From Eubacteriales bacterium (GTDB taxonomy: Bacteria > Bacillota > Clostridia > Lachnospirales > JAVBJQ01): a stretch of 64,000 bases of DNA. The stretch is from assembly GCA_031546905.1 (NCBI GenBank), contig JAVBJQ010000002.1, forward strand, positions 20,705 through 84,704, read 5' to 3'. Positions 1 through 8,611 of this stretch are shown here, in pieces. The translations under genes were made by a program, and so were the position numbers. The notes beneath the pieces were generated by a model, which was not told the DNA's origin, did no database searches, and worked only from the letters and a program-made list of their open reading frames with translations. Each line of letters starts with the position of its first letter. Within the stretch, counting starts at the first letter, position 1.

Positions 1-1
1 G

Positions 2-199
2 GGAGTAAGAGCTTGCAACTTAATTGGACGTGAATATATGCAATTAAGTATTTTTGAATATGAAGCAAAAGTTGAAAAACATGAAAAAGTTGAAAAGATG
101 ATAGATGAAATTAGAACACGCTTTGGAAGTTCTGCTTTACAAAGAGGTGTTATGTTAGTAGATCAACAACTTACCAATCTTCATTTAGAAGAGGAATAA
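2..199 (+). CDS. C-terminal fragment of a Y-family DNA polymerase (DinB/Pol IV-like); 5' end lies outside the window
   Basis: Frame is open from the window edge to TAA at 197-199. The tail ...QLSIFEYEAKVEKHEKVEKMIDEIRTRFGSSALQRGVML resembles DinB C-termini. A hairpin terminator follows. Confidence 0.5.
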   Translation, partial: GVRACNLIGREYMQLSIFEYEAKVEKHEKVEKMIDEIRTRFGSSALQRGVMLVDQQLTNLHLEEE

Positions 200-238
200 A
201 AAAAGAAACGAACTATTTTGGGTTCGTTTCTTTTTTTA
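200..238. terminator. Bidirectional intrinsic terminator (dinB-like / thrE-like genes)
   Basis: AGAAACGAAC / GTTCGTTTCT stem flanked by an A-run and a T-run. Confidence 0.8.
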
Positions 239-662
239 TTAGGAATAGGGTAAAGAACTGTTTTGGTAAAGAAAGAATAATCACAATTCCAATAGAAATA
301 ACCCCTGCAATTTTAAATGTTTCAATGCCTTTTGCAGTAGCTTGGGGAAGGTTATTGGTAATCATATTGAGCATGGTGTAATATATTCCGTAACCAGGAA
401 CCAGAGGGATAATACCCCCTACAAGAAAAATAGTAATAGGCATTTTTCTGATATTGGCAAGATAACGTGAAACAAAGGTAATTACCAACGTAGAAATAAA
501 AGACGCAATGACAGCAGAGTTTGTTAGTTCACGAGAAACAAGAAAAAATCCCCAACAGATACAGCCAGCGAGGCCACAAAACAATAATTCTTTTTTTGGC
601 ACATTAAAAAGAACAGAAAAAGAGAGGGTACCTAAAAATGCCATCAGTACTTGTAAAATCAT
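213..662 (-). CDS. Threonine/serine exporter family membrane protein, small subunit type (DUF3815/YjjB-like)
   Basis: Polytopic hydrophobic ORF. I moved the start to ATG 662..660, which overlaps the upstream TGA (an ATGA junction) and has GGAGG 9 nt upstream. Confidence 0.7.
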   Translation of the reverse strand: MILQVLMAFLGTLSFSVLFNVPKKELLFCGLAGCICWGFFLVSRELTNSAVIASFISTLVITFVSRYLANIRKMPITIFLVGGIIPLVPGYGIYYTMLNMITNNLPQATAKGIETFKIAGVISIGIVIILSLPKQFFTLFLIKKETNPK

Positions 663-1432
663 AATAAGAAACCTCCAAAAATAAAAAGCCAAAATTTAAG
701 AACTACCCCAACACCAGTGGCCACAGAAATAGCAATAATAATAGCATCCACAATTCTGTTTGTCCCAGACATAAAATCTCCTTCTAAAATATCACGAACC
801 GCATTGGTAAGGGCAAGTCCTGGAACAAGAGGCATAATGGAACCGATAATAATTAAATCAATGTTTGTAACTTCTTTTATTTGAAGTAGCAGAAGGGCAA
901 CCACTGCAATAAAAACACCACCAATAATATGAATTAAAAAGTTGGCAACTTTTCGCATATAAAAGAAATTGGTAACTTGGCATAAAAGCAGACCAATGAT
1001 AAATGCAGCGGAGCAATCATACAAGTTTCCTTTAAAAAGATAACAAAAGCAAAAACAAGAAACTCCCGAAAAGATAGTTCGTGTTTTAAGGGAATGGGGC
1101 GGTAATTTTTCTATTTTCCGAAGTATTTCGATGGCATCCTCTTCGGTAATTTTTTTTGCAACAAATTTTCGGGATAAGTCATTTACAAGGGCAACTTTTT
1201 CAAGGTGAATGGTTCTGATTTTCACACGCTTCACCATCGTAATAACGCCTGTTGCTTCACAATCAATAGATGCAAAAATACCAGTAGTCGTAACAAATGA
1301 TTCTGCAATAGTAAAGTTTTCAGCCAAAAGCATTCTTCTCATGGTATCTTCCACTCTGTAAGTTTCCGCCCCGTTACTAAGCATAATTTCCCCAGCAAGC
1401 ATAACAAGACTTAACATGTCTTTTTCTTTCAT
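659..1432 (-). CDS. Threonine/serine exporter family protein (ThrE/DUF1212, YjjP-like)
   Basis: N-terminal GAETYRVEDT motif typical of DUF1212, followed by transmembrane segments. Translationally coupled to the next ORF. Confidence 0.75.
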   Translation of the reverse strand: MKEKDMLSLVMLAGEIMLSNGAETYRVEDTMRRMLLAENFTIAESFVTTTGIFASIDCEATGVITMVKRVKIRTIHLEKVALVNDLSRKFVAKKITEEDAIEILRKIEKLPPHSLKTRTIFSGVSCFCFCYLFKGNLYDCSAAFIIGLLLCQVTNFFYMRKVANFLIHIIGGVFIAVVALLLLQIKEVTNIDLIIIGSIMPLVPGLALTNAVRDILEGDFMSGTNRIVDAIIIAISVATGVGVVLKFWLFIFGGFLL

Positions 1433-1677
1433 TGGTAAACCTCCAACAACGATTTATACTGATGATAACAGTTTATAGTATATACAATTTTTGATTATAA
1501 AAGCAAAACAATTTATTTTAACACAAGTTGTTTTCCTTAGAAAGTAAAAAAATTTGTTTTTTAATTTCATGTTAGAAATTAGCATTATTTGTTTCCAAAT
1601 GAATATTGCTATGTTATAATTTTGAGCAAGAGTTTTGAACTCTCATAATTTTATACGAATGTTTAGGGGGATAATTT

Positions 1678-2916
1678 ATGTTTGATTTTCAAGAGATAAA
1701 AAGTTTTGACAATGAAGTTGCACAGGCCATGGAGTCTGAGCTAACAAGACAAAGAAACAACATTGAATTAATTGCTTCTGAGAACTTTGTTTCAAAGGCT
1801 GTTATGGCAGCTATGGGCTCACACCTTACGAATAAATATGCAGAAGGCTACCCGGGAAAACGTTATTATGGTGGTTGTGAAAAAGTTGATATTGTTGAAA
1901 CCCTTGCAATTGAAAGAGCAAAAAAATTATTTGGTGCAGACCACGCCAATGTTCAACCACATTCTGGCGCTCAAGCTAACACTGCCGTTTATTTTGCAAC
2001 ATTAAATCCAGGGGATACCATTATGGGGATGAACTTAGCACATGGTGGACATTTAACCCATGGTAGCCCTGTTAATATATCTGGAAAACAATATAAAATT
2101 GTTCCTTATGGCGTTAATCAAGAAACTGAATTAATTGACTACGATGAATTAAGAAAAATTGCCCACGAAGCAAAACCTAAAATGATTGTAGCAGGTGCTA
2201 GTGCTTACCCAAGGGCAATTAACTTTAAAATATTTTCTGAAATCGCAAAAGAAGTAGGCGCATATTTAATGGTGGACATGGCTCACATTGCTGGGCTTGT
2301 TGCTGCTGGGTTACATGAAAGTCCTGTTCCTTATGCTGATTTTGTTACCACAACTACTCATAAAACATTAAGAGGCCCTCGTGGTGGAATGATTTTATGT
2401 AAAGAAGAATATGCAAAATTAATTGATAAAGCAGTGTTCCCTGGAATTCAAGGTGGACCACTTATGCACGTGATTGCTGCAAAAGCAGTTTCATTTAAAG
2501 AAGCTTTAGATGATTCTTTTAAAGTGTATTGTGAACAGATTATTCAAAATGCCAATGTTTTATCAGCAAGCTTGCAAGAAAAAGGATTTAGAATTGTTTC
2601 TGGAGGAACAGATAATCACTTAATGTTAGTGGATCTTCAAAACATGAATATTACAGGAAAAGAAGCAGAAAAAAGATTAGATGAAGTAAACATTACTTGC
2701 AATAAAAATGCGATTCCTTTTGATCCACAAAGTCCTTTTATCACAAGCGGAATAAGATTGGGAACGCCTTCTGTTACTACTCGTGGAATGAATGCAGATG
2801 ATATGAAAGAAATTGCAGATTTAATCCACCATGTAATTGCTGGTGATTTTGAAAGTAATAAAAATAGTGTTTTAGACAGAGTAGCAGTTCTTGCTAAAAA
2901 ATATCCTTTATATTAA
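1678..2916 (+). CDS. glyA: Serine hydroxymethyltransferase
   Basis: Full-length SHMT signature ([33 protein letters not shown]). GGGGGA SD before the ATG. Confidence 0.97.
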   Translation: MFDFQEIKSFDNEVAQAMESELTRQRNNIELIASENFVSKAVMAAMGSHLTNKYAEGYPGKRYYGGCEKVDIVETLAIERAKKLFGADHANVQPHSGAQANTAVYFATLNPGDTIMGMNLAHGGHLTHGSPVNISGKQYKIVPYGVNQETELIDYDELRKIAHEAKPKMIVAGASAYPRAINFKIFSEIAKEVGAYLMVDMAHIAGLVAAGLHESPVPYADFVTTTTHKTLRGPRGGMILCKEEYAKLIDKAVFPGIQGGPLMHVIAAKAVSFKEALDDSFKVYCEQIIQNANVLSASLQEKGFRIVSGGTDNHLMLVDLQNMNITGKEAEKRLDEVNITCNKNAIPFDPQSPFITSGIRLGTPSVTTRGMNADDMKEIADLIHHVIAGDFESNKNSVLDRVAVLAKKYPLY

Positions 2917-2933
2917 TTGGGAGGCATAATTGA

Positions 2934-4328
2934 ATGAAACATTTTGGAGATAAAGTTGAAGATCTTAACATTGCTTATATCGGTGGTGGTTCAAGAGGTT
3001 GGGCATGGAAGCTTATGCGTGATTTGGCAATGGAGAAATCCCTTTGCGGAGAAGTTCGACTTTATGATATAGACAAACAAGCAGCAATGAACAACGCAAA
3101 AATTGGAAATAACATTCAATCAGATTACAGTGACGCAACTCCTTGGAATTATGTGTGCAAAGAAACATTAAAAGATGCGTTGGAAGGCACTGATTTTGTT
3201 ATTATTTCTATTCTTCCTGGAACTTTTGATGAAATGGATTCAGATGTGCATCTTCCAGAAAAATATGGAATTTATCAAGCAGTAGGGGATACAACAGGTC
3301 CTGGTGGCGTTGTTCGTGCCATGAGAACGATTCCCATGTTTGTTGAAATTGCAGAAGCAATTAAAAAATATTGCCCCAATGCGTGGGTAATTAATTATAC
3401 AAACCCCATGTCTGTTTGTGTGAATACGCTTTATAAAGTTTTTCCACAAATAAAAGCATTTGGTTGTTGTCATGAAGTATTTGGAACTCAAAAAGTTTTA
3501 TTAAATATGTTGCAACAAGCGGAAGGATATAAAGCTGCGAAGCGAAGCGACATTAAAGTAAATGTTTTGGGAATCAATCATTTCACATGGATTGACAAGG
3601 CTTATTATAAACTTGAAAACTTATTTCCCATGTATGAAAAACTTTCTTCTCAATATTACGAAACAGGCCTAGAACTTTCCGATGAAGAAGGAAGCTGGGA
3701 AACCAATAATTTTAAAAGTTGCCAAAGGGTTAAGTTTGATTTATTTAAAAGATATGGCGTAATGGCAGCAGCAGGTGACAGACATTTAGCCGAATTTTGT
3801 AACGGTTCTTGGTATTTGAAAAATCCAGAAACAGTGAAAGACTGGAAATTTAGGTTAACTACCGTTGACTGGAGGAAAAAAGATTTAAAAGAACGTTTAG
3901 AAAAAGCAGAACAATTAATGAACGGTCAAGAGAAACTTCCGATGGAAGAAACAGGGGAAGAAGGTATTCTCCAAATCAAAGCACTTTTAGGATTAGGAGA
4001 ACTGCTTACAAATGTGAATACTCCTAATGTTGGTCAAATACCCAATATTCCTTTAGGCGTTGTAGTAGAAACAAATGCTCATTTTAGTGAAGCGGGTGTT
4101 GTTCTTGTTATGGCGGGGAAAGTTCCAGACAATGTTTATGGCATTATGGCACAATCGGTTCAAAATCAAATTGTTGTCACAGAAGCTGGGTTGAAAAAAG
4201 ATTTAGGACTAGCATTTACAGCTTTTGTAAATGATCCACTTGTACATATTTCTTTAGGTGATTCAAAAAAATTATTTAAAGATATGATTCATAATACAAG
4301 TAAGTACTTAGAAGGTTTTCATTTTTAA
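2934..4328 (+). CDS. Glycoside hydrolase family 4 enzyme (NAD/Mn-dependent alpha-glycosidase type)
   Basis: N-terminal Rossmann motif IAYIGGGSRGW and the central NYTNPM...CHE region typical of GH4. Lies 17 nt after glyA. Confidence 0.8.
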   Translation: MKHFGDKVEDLNIAYIGGGSRGWAWKLMRDLAMEKSLCGEVRLYDIDKQAAMNNAKIGNNIQSDYSDATPWNYVCKETLKDALEGTDFVIISILPGTFDEMDSDVHLPEKYGIYQAVGDTTGPGGVVRAMRTIPMFVEIAEAIKKYCPNAWVINYTNPMSVCVNTLYKVFPQIKAFGCCHEVFGTQKVLLNMLQQAEGYKAAKRSDIKVNVLGINHFTWIDKAYYKLENLFPMYEKLSSQYYETGLELSDEEGSWETNNFKSCQRVKFDLFKRYGVMAAAGDRHLAEFCNGSWYLKNPETVKDWKFRLTTVDWRKKDLKERLEKAEQLMNGQEKLPMEETGEEGILQIKALLGLGELLTNVNTPNVGQIPNIPLGVVVETNAHFSEAGVVLVMAGKVPDNVYGIMAQSVQNQIVVTEAGLKKDLGLAFTAFVNDPLVHISLGDSKKLFKDMIHNTSKYLEGFHF

Positions 4329-4364
4329 AAATGCTTAGGTACTGAGCTTAAGATAAGAAATAAT

Positions 4365-4411
4365 TAAAAAAATGCCTTGAAAATAGTGATTATTTTCAAG
4401 GCATTTTTTTT
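4365..4411. terminator. Bidirectional intrinsic terminator after the GH4 gene
   Basis: TGCCTTGAAAAT / ATTTTCAAGGCA 12-bp stem flanked by A8 and T8. Confidence 0.85.
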
Positions 4412-4479
4412 AATGTAATTCGAGGAGAATCTATAACCTGTACCCAAATTTCTATCACCAAAACAAAAGGTGTACATAC
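4365..4479 (-). ncRNA. Candidate small RNA (~115 nt): 5' stem-loop, CU-rich anti-SD stretch, intrinsic terminator
   Basis: TATAAT on the minus strand at 4491..4486. A 13-position helix (4484..4472 pairs with 4445..4432; 12 pairs including 2 G-U) is stable only in the minus-strand transcript. Single-stranded AUUCUCCUCGAAUUACAUU follows, then the shared hairpin and U-run at 4411..4365. No expression evidence. Confidence 0.2.
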
Positions 4480-4493
4480 TATAGGATTATAGC

Positions 4494-4535
4494 GGTTTAA
4501 CTTTTAAGCAGGAAAATTCCTTATTCTTTGTTAGA
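4494..4535 (-). promoter_or_regulatory. Degenerate third copy (A) of the leader motif, on the minus strand
   Basis: Minus strand: TCTAACAAAG...AATTTTCCTGCTTAAAAGTTAAACCGCTATAAT. About 30/36 identical to copy B across the loop and right arm. Confidence 0.25.
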
Positions 4536-4677
4536 CTGCAATGGGAGGCTAAAGTACAGAAGAAAAGAAAAAATAAAAGCGGAAGAATATACTGATTAAG
4601 ATAATAATCCCAGATTATTATCCCTAACAGCCACAGCATAAAAATATATATTGAATTATCTGGAGGAGGATAAAATA

Positions 4678-5679
4678 ATGAAGACATTTGACATAAGAGA
4701 TTTTGAACGTGATTGCGAACGCAGTAATAATCGTAATAATGACCGTAATAGTGTTCGTGAAAATAATCGCAACAATGAAAATGATCGTGTTCTTGATATT
4801 CAAGACCGTAACTGCCATCAAAATATGGAAAACGACGATGTTTTGGCAGCTAATAGACGCAATTTAGATCCACAAAGATTAAGAGAAGAGTGTATCATTG
4901 CGTTTAAAGTTTATGATTCTTGTAGACAACAAGATTGTTTAACAGAAGCTGAAATTGGTCCCGCAAGAGCTGCTGAATGTATTTGCATTGGCGGAGAACA
5001 CATGAATGAGGGCGATGTAATCGACCCACCTGATGATGCAGCAGCTGTATCCATTGATAGACTTAAAATTAAAAGAATACTTGTTGTTGATAAAAGCCCA
5101 AATGATTTTAGAAGAGGCTTCTGGGACATAGATCTCAAGTATGTTTTTGAATACAGATTAACTTTTAGAGAAGCAAACGGTAGAATCATTGCCACTATTA
5201 GAGCAAATAGTATATTCAATAAAAAAGTAACTTTATTTGGATCTATAGGCGAAAATTTAGCAATTGCTACTGACTTATTAATGTCACAAGGTGGCGATGG
5301 CACAACACTTGATGCTGAACCATTTGTTCTAGTAGAAGCGAAAGCTGTTGCTTTAACTGCTGAATTAAAATATACAAAACGTAAGAATATTACAAGAGAA
5401 GATCTTTCTCCTACACCTAATGCAGTAGCCGTTACAATTGGTTTATTCACAATTATCAAACTTTACAGAATTGTTAACTTAACAGTTGAGTCAAGAGGTT
5501 TCTGTATTCCTGATGAATGTGATGACATTTCACCACTTGAACCTTGCAGAGTGTTTGACAACTTAGATTTTCCAATGGATGCTTTTGCACCACCTCAAAG
5601 AGCTGAGTTTTTAGCTGGTGTTAGTGGTAATATTCCTAGAAACAGTGACAGAGATAAAAACTGTGGCTGTAGAAGTTAA
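4678..5679 (+). CDS. Hypothetical Cys-rich protein with an Asn/Arg/Asp-rich N-terminal low-complexity region
   Basis: Long ORF. Start moved to ATG 4678, which has GGAGGAGGA at 4662-4670. No family recognised. Hairpin terminator at 5752-5786. Confidence 0.6.
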   Translation: MKTFDIRDFERDCERSNNRNNDRNSVRENNRNNENDRVLDIQDRNCHQNMENDDVLAANRRNLDPQRLREECIIAFKVYDSCRQQDCLTEAEIGPARAAECICIGGEHMNEGDVIDPPDDAAAVSIDRLKIKRILVVDKSPNDFRRGFWDIDLKYVFEYRLTFREANGRIIATIRANSIFNKKVTLFGSIGENLAIATDLLMSQGGDGTTLDAEPFVLVEAKAVALTAELKYTKRKNITREDLSPTPNAVAVTIGLFTIIKLYRIVNLTVESRGFCIPDECDDISPLEPCRVFDNLDFPMDAFAPPQRAEFLAGVSGNIPRNSDRDKNCGCRS

Positions 5680-5751
5680 TTTAAATAAGAAAAAAGTGCT
5701 ATTATATACGCTTGAATAATAATGGCTGCAAAGTAACCGAATAAAAAATGT

Positions 5752-5786
5752 AAAACAGGCACCGTGTTAACACGGTGTCTGTTTTG
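5752..5786 (+). terminator. Intrinsic terminator after the Cys-rich ORF
   Basis: AACAGGCACCGTG-TTAA-CACGGTGTCTGTT followed by TTTT. Confidence 0.8.
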
Positions 5787-6006
5787 GTAGTTCAAGGTGT
5801 GGTTGTGATGGAATGAAAAATTTTACAAAACAATCATACTTACAGGTCGGCTTTGTCGTATATAATAGTGAAAAAATAACATAATATATTGCAAACAATT
5901 TTTGTTGGCAGTGGGGCTAGCTTATATGAAAAATATTCTTAGGGGTTTGAATATGAAGAATATAAGCTAGCTTATGTTATTTTGATAGGAAAAGAGGTTG
6001 TGAAAA

Positions 6007-6618
6007 ATGAATCCAAATAAAGCGTTATTTAACGAAATAAATGAGCACCTATTAAACGACAAGCAACCATCGCTATATTTTAATGAGGTTTCTCAACATA
6101 AAATATTTTCAGAACATCCTTTTAATCAACTGAACAGGTTTAAAGAAACAGAGCAACCTCCACAACATCATCCAGAAGGAAACGTTTGGAATCATACCAT
6201 GTTAGTCGTTGATGAAGCTGCTAAGGTAAAAGGAAAAAGCAAAGATCAACGGGTTTTTATGTGGGCTGCTTTGTTGCACGACATAGGAAAACCAGATGCA
6301 ACTAGACATAAAAAAGGAAAAATAACTGCTTATGACCATGATAAAATAGGGGAAAAGTTAGCAAGAGATTTCTTGCTTGCGTTTGTAGAGGATCAAAATT
6401 TTATCGAAAGTGTGGTAGCACTTGTAAGATGGCATATGCAAATTCTCTTTGTAGCAAACAATTTACAATTTGCTGATATTAAAACCATGAAAAAACAAGT
6501 AGATGTTAATGAAGTTGCTCTTTTAGGATTATGTGATCGATTGGGCAGGACAAATGTTGATAAAGCAAAAGAAGAAAATAATATACGAGTTTTTTTACAA
6601 AAATGTAGCCAAGAGTAA
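6007..6618 (+). CDS. HD-domain metal-dependent phosphohydrolase
   Basis: HHPEGNVWNHT ... LLHDIGKP motifs (H...HD signature). Confidence 0.8.
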   Translation: MNPNKALFNEINEHLLNDKQPSLYFNEVSQHKIFSEHPFNQLNRFKETEQPPQHHPEGNVWNHTMLVVDEAAKVKGKSKDQRVFMWAALLHDIGKPDATRHKKGKITAYDHDKIGEKLARDFLLAFVEDQNFIESVVALVRWHMQILFVANNLQFADIKTMKKQVDVNEVALLGLCDRLGRTNVDKAKEENNIRVFLQKCSQE

Positions 6619-6652
6619 GAGCAAGACTAAGACGAAGAGAAGACTTTAATAG

Positions 6653-6691
6653 TAAAAAAATAAAGAGAAATGAATTCTCTTTATTTTTTTG
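6653..6691. terminator. Bidirectional terminator between the HD gene and the TlpA-like gene
   Basis: ATAAAGAGAA / TTCTCTTTAT stem with flanking A and T runs. Overlaps the TlpA-like stop codon. Confidence 0.75.
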
Positions 6692-7241
6692 CTATTTTTT
6701 CAATTTCTTTTACTAATGTGTCTTTGTTATCAATCATTCCTGTATAAACATTGGAAATATATCCTTCTTTGTCAATAAAGATGGTAGTTGGAATAGAAGA
6801 AATTTCATAAGCGGTGACCCCTTGTTGGTCGCTGTCAAAAAGAGGGGAAAAATCAAATTTATTTTCTTTTACATAGTTTAGAGCAGTTTCGGTTGTTTCT
6901 CGTTGGCCGTCTGTTAAATTAACCATTAAAAATTTTACATCTTTATACTCAGAAAAAGCCTCATTAAATTCTGGCATTTCAGCTTTACAGGGGGGGCACC
7001 AGCTTGCCCAAAAGTTAAGGACAACAGGAGTTCCGATGTAGTCAGATAATTTTACCTCTTTGCCATCAACATCATAAACGGTAAAGTCTAACGCCTGTGT
7101 TTTTTCTCCGTCAAAAATAGAAGCAGTAGTATCTTCTTTTGTATATTTTGTGATAAAGTAATTATAAGAAACACGGGCAACCACTAGTAATAAAATAAAA
7201 ACAGAGACAGCAGTAGTAATAATAAAAACTTTTTTATTCAT
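6681..7241 (-). CDS. Membrane-anchored TlpA/ResA-like thiol-disulfide oxidoreductase
   Basis: N-terminal TM anchor and a thioredoxin fold with WASWCPPCKAEMP (CxxC). Confidence 0.85.
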   Translation of the reverse strand: MNKKVFIITTAVSVFILLLVVARVSYNYFITKYTKEDTTASIFDGEKTQALDFTVYDVDGKEVKLSDYIGTPVVLNFWASWCPPCKAEMPEFNEAFSEYKDVKFLMVNLTDGQRETTETALNYVKENKFDFSPLFDSDQQGVTAYEISSIPTTIFIDKEGYISNVYTGMIDNKDTLVKEIEKIAKK

Positions 7242-7253
7242 AAAAATCCTCCT

Positions 7254-7934
7254 TTAAAAACGAAGCAGTCCAAAAAATAAATTTAAAAATCCAGTCATCA
7301 TTAAAATACCCATGATGATAAGAAAAAGTCCTGAAACCATATTAATTATTTTGTAATTACGCTTTATAAAATCAAATATATTTTTTATATTTTCAATTAA
7401 CACAGCAGATAATACAAAGGGTATCCCTAGACCTACAGAATAAAAAATAAGTAGGATGGTGCCTTTTAAAACAGTTCCTTGGTGTGCGGCAAGCATGAGT
7501 GCAGAACCTAAAAATGTTCCAACACAAGGAGACCAACCAATGGAAAATATAATGCCAAATAAGACACTCGATAAAAAATTTGTTACATTAGAATGGGCTT
7601 GTAGCTTTACAACTTTATTTAAAAAGTTTATTTTTAAAATTCCTATGTAGTTAAGTCCAAATAAGATAAGGAGTAAGCCCCCAACAATATTTAACATTTT
7701 GGAATGGTGAAAAACAAATGACCCAAGGCTTCCGGCTAATGCACCTAATAAAATAAATACCAGCGAAAATCCAAAAACAAAGCCCAAAGAATTTTTTAAT
7801 GCTTTGTTTTTTTTATTGCTAGTGGAAGCGTCAGCGTCACCGACAAAATAAGAAATATAAATAGGGATCATCGGAAGCATACAGGGTGAAATAAAAGTGA
7901 TAAACCCTTCTATAAAAGAAATAAGATATTGCAT
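7254..7934 (-). CDS. ccdA: Cytochrome c biogenesis / thiol-disulfide electron transporter CcdA (DsbD family)
   Basis: Six-TM protein with FISPCMLPMIP and GWSPCVG motifs. Forms an operon with the TlpA-like gene. Confidence 0.85.
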   Translation of the reverse strand: MQYLISFIEGFITFISPCMLPMIPIYISYFVGDADASTSNKKNKALKNSLGFVFGFSLVFILLGALAGSLGSFVFHHSKMLNIVGGLLLILFGLNYIGILKINFLNKVVKLQAHSNVTNFLSSVLFGIIFSIGWSPCVGTFLGSALMLAAHQGTVLKGTILLIFYSVGLGIPFVLSAVLIENIKNIFDFIKRNYKIINMVSGLFLIIMGILMMTGFLNLFFGLLRF

Positions 7935-8134
7935 ATGTCCTCCTAGTATGAAAATGATAATATGATTGTTAGGATAATAATTAATATAGCAAGACCATCA
8001 TACTAACTTTTATTAGATTTGTCAAAGATATTGAAATAAGAGGGAGGTTTATATATACTGTACATCTAATGACAAAAAATAATTCGATAGGGAGAAAATA
8101 AATTTCACACCGATCGAACCATTATGGAGGGAAA

Positions 8135-8611
8135 ATGAAATTATCGATTAAGCAACATTTTATAATAAGCATTATTTTTTTAATGATATGGGAGCTTATT
8201 ATTTTCTGGTTCTCTAGTAAAAACGGCACTGATTCAACGGATATGTCTAACCAGTTTGTTTTTTTGTTTTCAGAAAATGGGGTTGCCATTGATTTGAATA
8301 CGATTAGCTACTTTGTAAGAAAAACTGCACATGTCTGTGAATATACTATTTTAAGTTTTTTAGCTTTTTATTTTGTAATTTGTTTTTCAAAATATAAGCA
8401 ATTTATTTTTAAGATAACACAAGTTTTTATGGTAGCATTGTTTTCGGCTTGCCTTGACGAGTTTCACCAGTTTTTTGTTGTGGGGAGAACTGCACAAGTA
8501 AAGGATGTTTGTATAGATATGATTGGTTTTTTATTGTTCTGCCTCTTCCACTTCTTCCTCAATAGGAATTTGTGGAATATCAAGAGCTTCATTCAGCGGA
8601 ATATCTTCTAA
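8135..8611 (+). CDS. VanZ family membrane protein
   Basis: About 158 aa, 4 TM segments, with RKTAHVCEY and DEFHQ motifs typical of VanZ-like proteins. Confidence 0.7.
   Translation: MKLSIKQHFIISIIFLMIWELIIFWFSSKNGTDSTDMSNQFVFLFSENGVAIDLNTISYFVRKTAHVCEYTILSFLAFYFVICFSKYKQFIFKITQVFMVALFSACLDEFHQFFVVGRTAQVKDVCIDMIGFLLFCLFHFFLNRNLWNIKSFIQRNIF

Noticed and set aside
1433-1677. The 245-nt region upstream of glyA, checked for a T-box or riboswitch
   Set aside because: I found only an extended -10 promoter and one short hairpin (AGAGTT-TTG-AACTCT). There is no T-box consensus, no specifier-loop architecture and no terminator/antiterminator pair.
4487-4821. Two small minus-strand ORFs (66 and 65 aa) in the track, plus a 37-codon ATG ORF at 4474..4361
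   Set aside because: They have no SD, an AT-rich hydrophobic composition, and either run through a terminator hairpin or lie antisense to the start of the Cys-rich gene. The region is better explained as promoter, leader and possibly sRNA DNA.
5927-5971. 14-codon ORF (MKNILRGLNMKNIS) inside the HD-gene leader hairpin
   Set aside because: It has no SD, and its frame is determined by the palindromic arms. The RNA or DNA structure explains the sequence better.
7944-8005. 8-bp inverted repeat TAGTATGA ... TCATACTA, 46 nt apart, upstream of ccdA
   Set aside because: The arms are short and the spacing is long. That is too weak to call an operator or a structure without comparative data.
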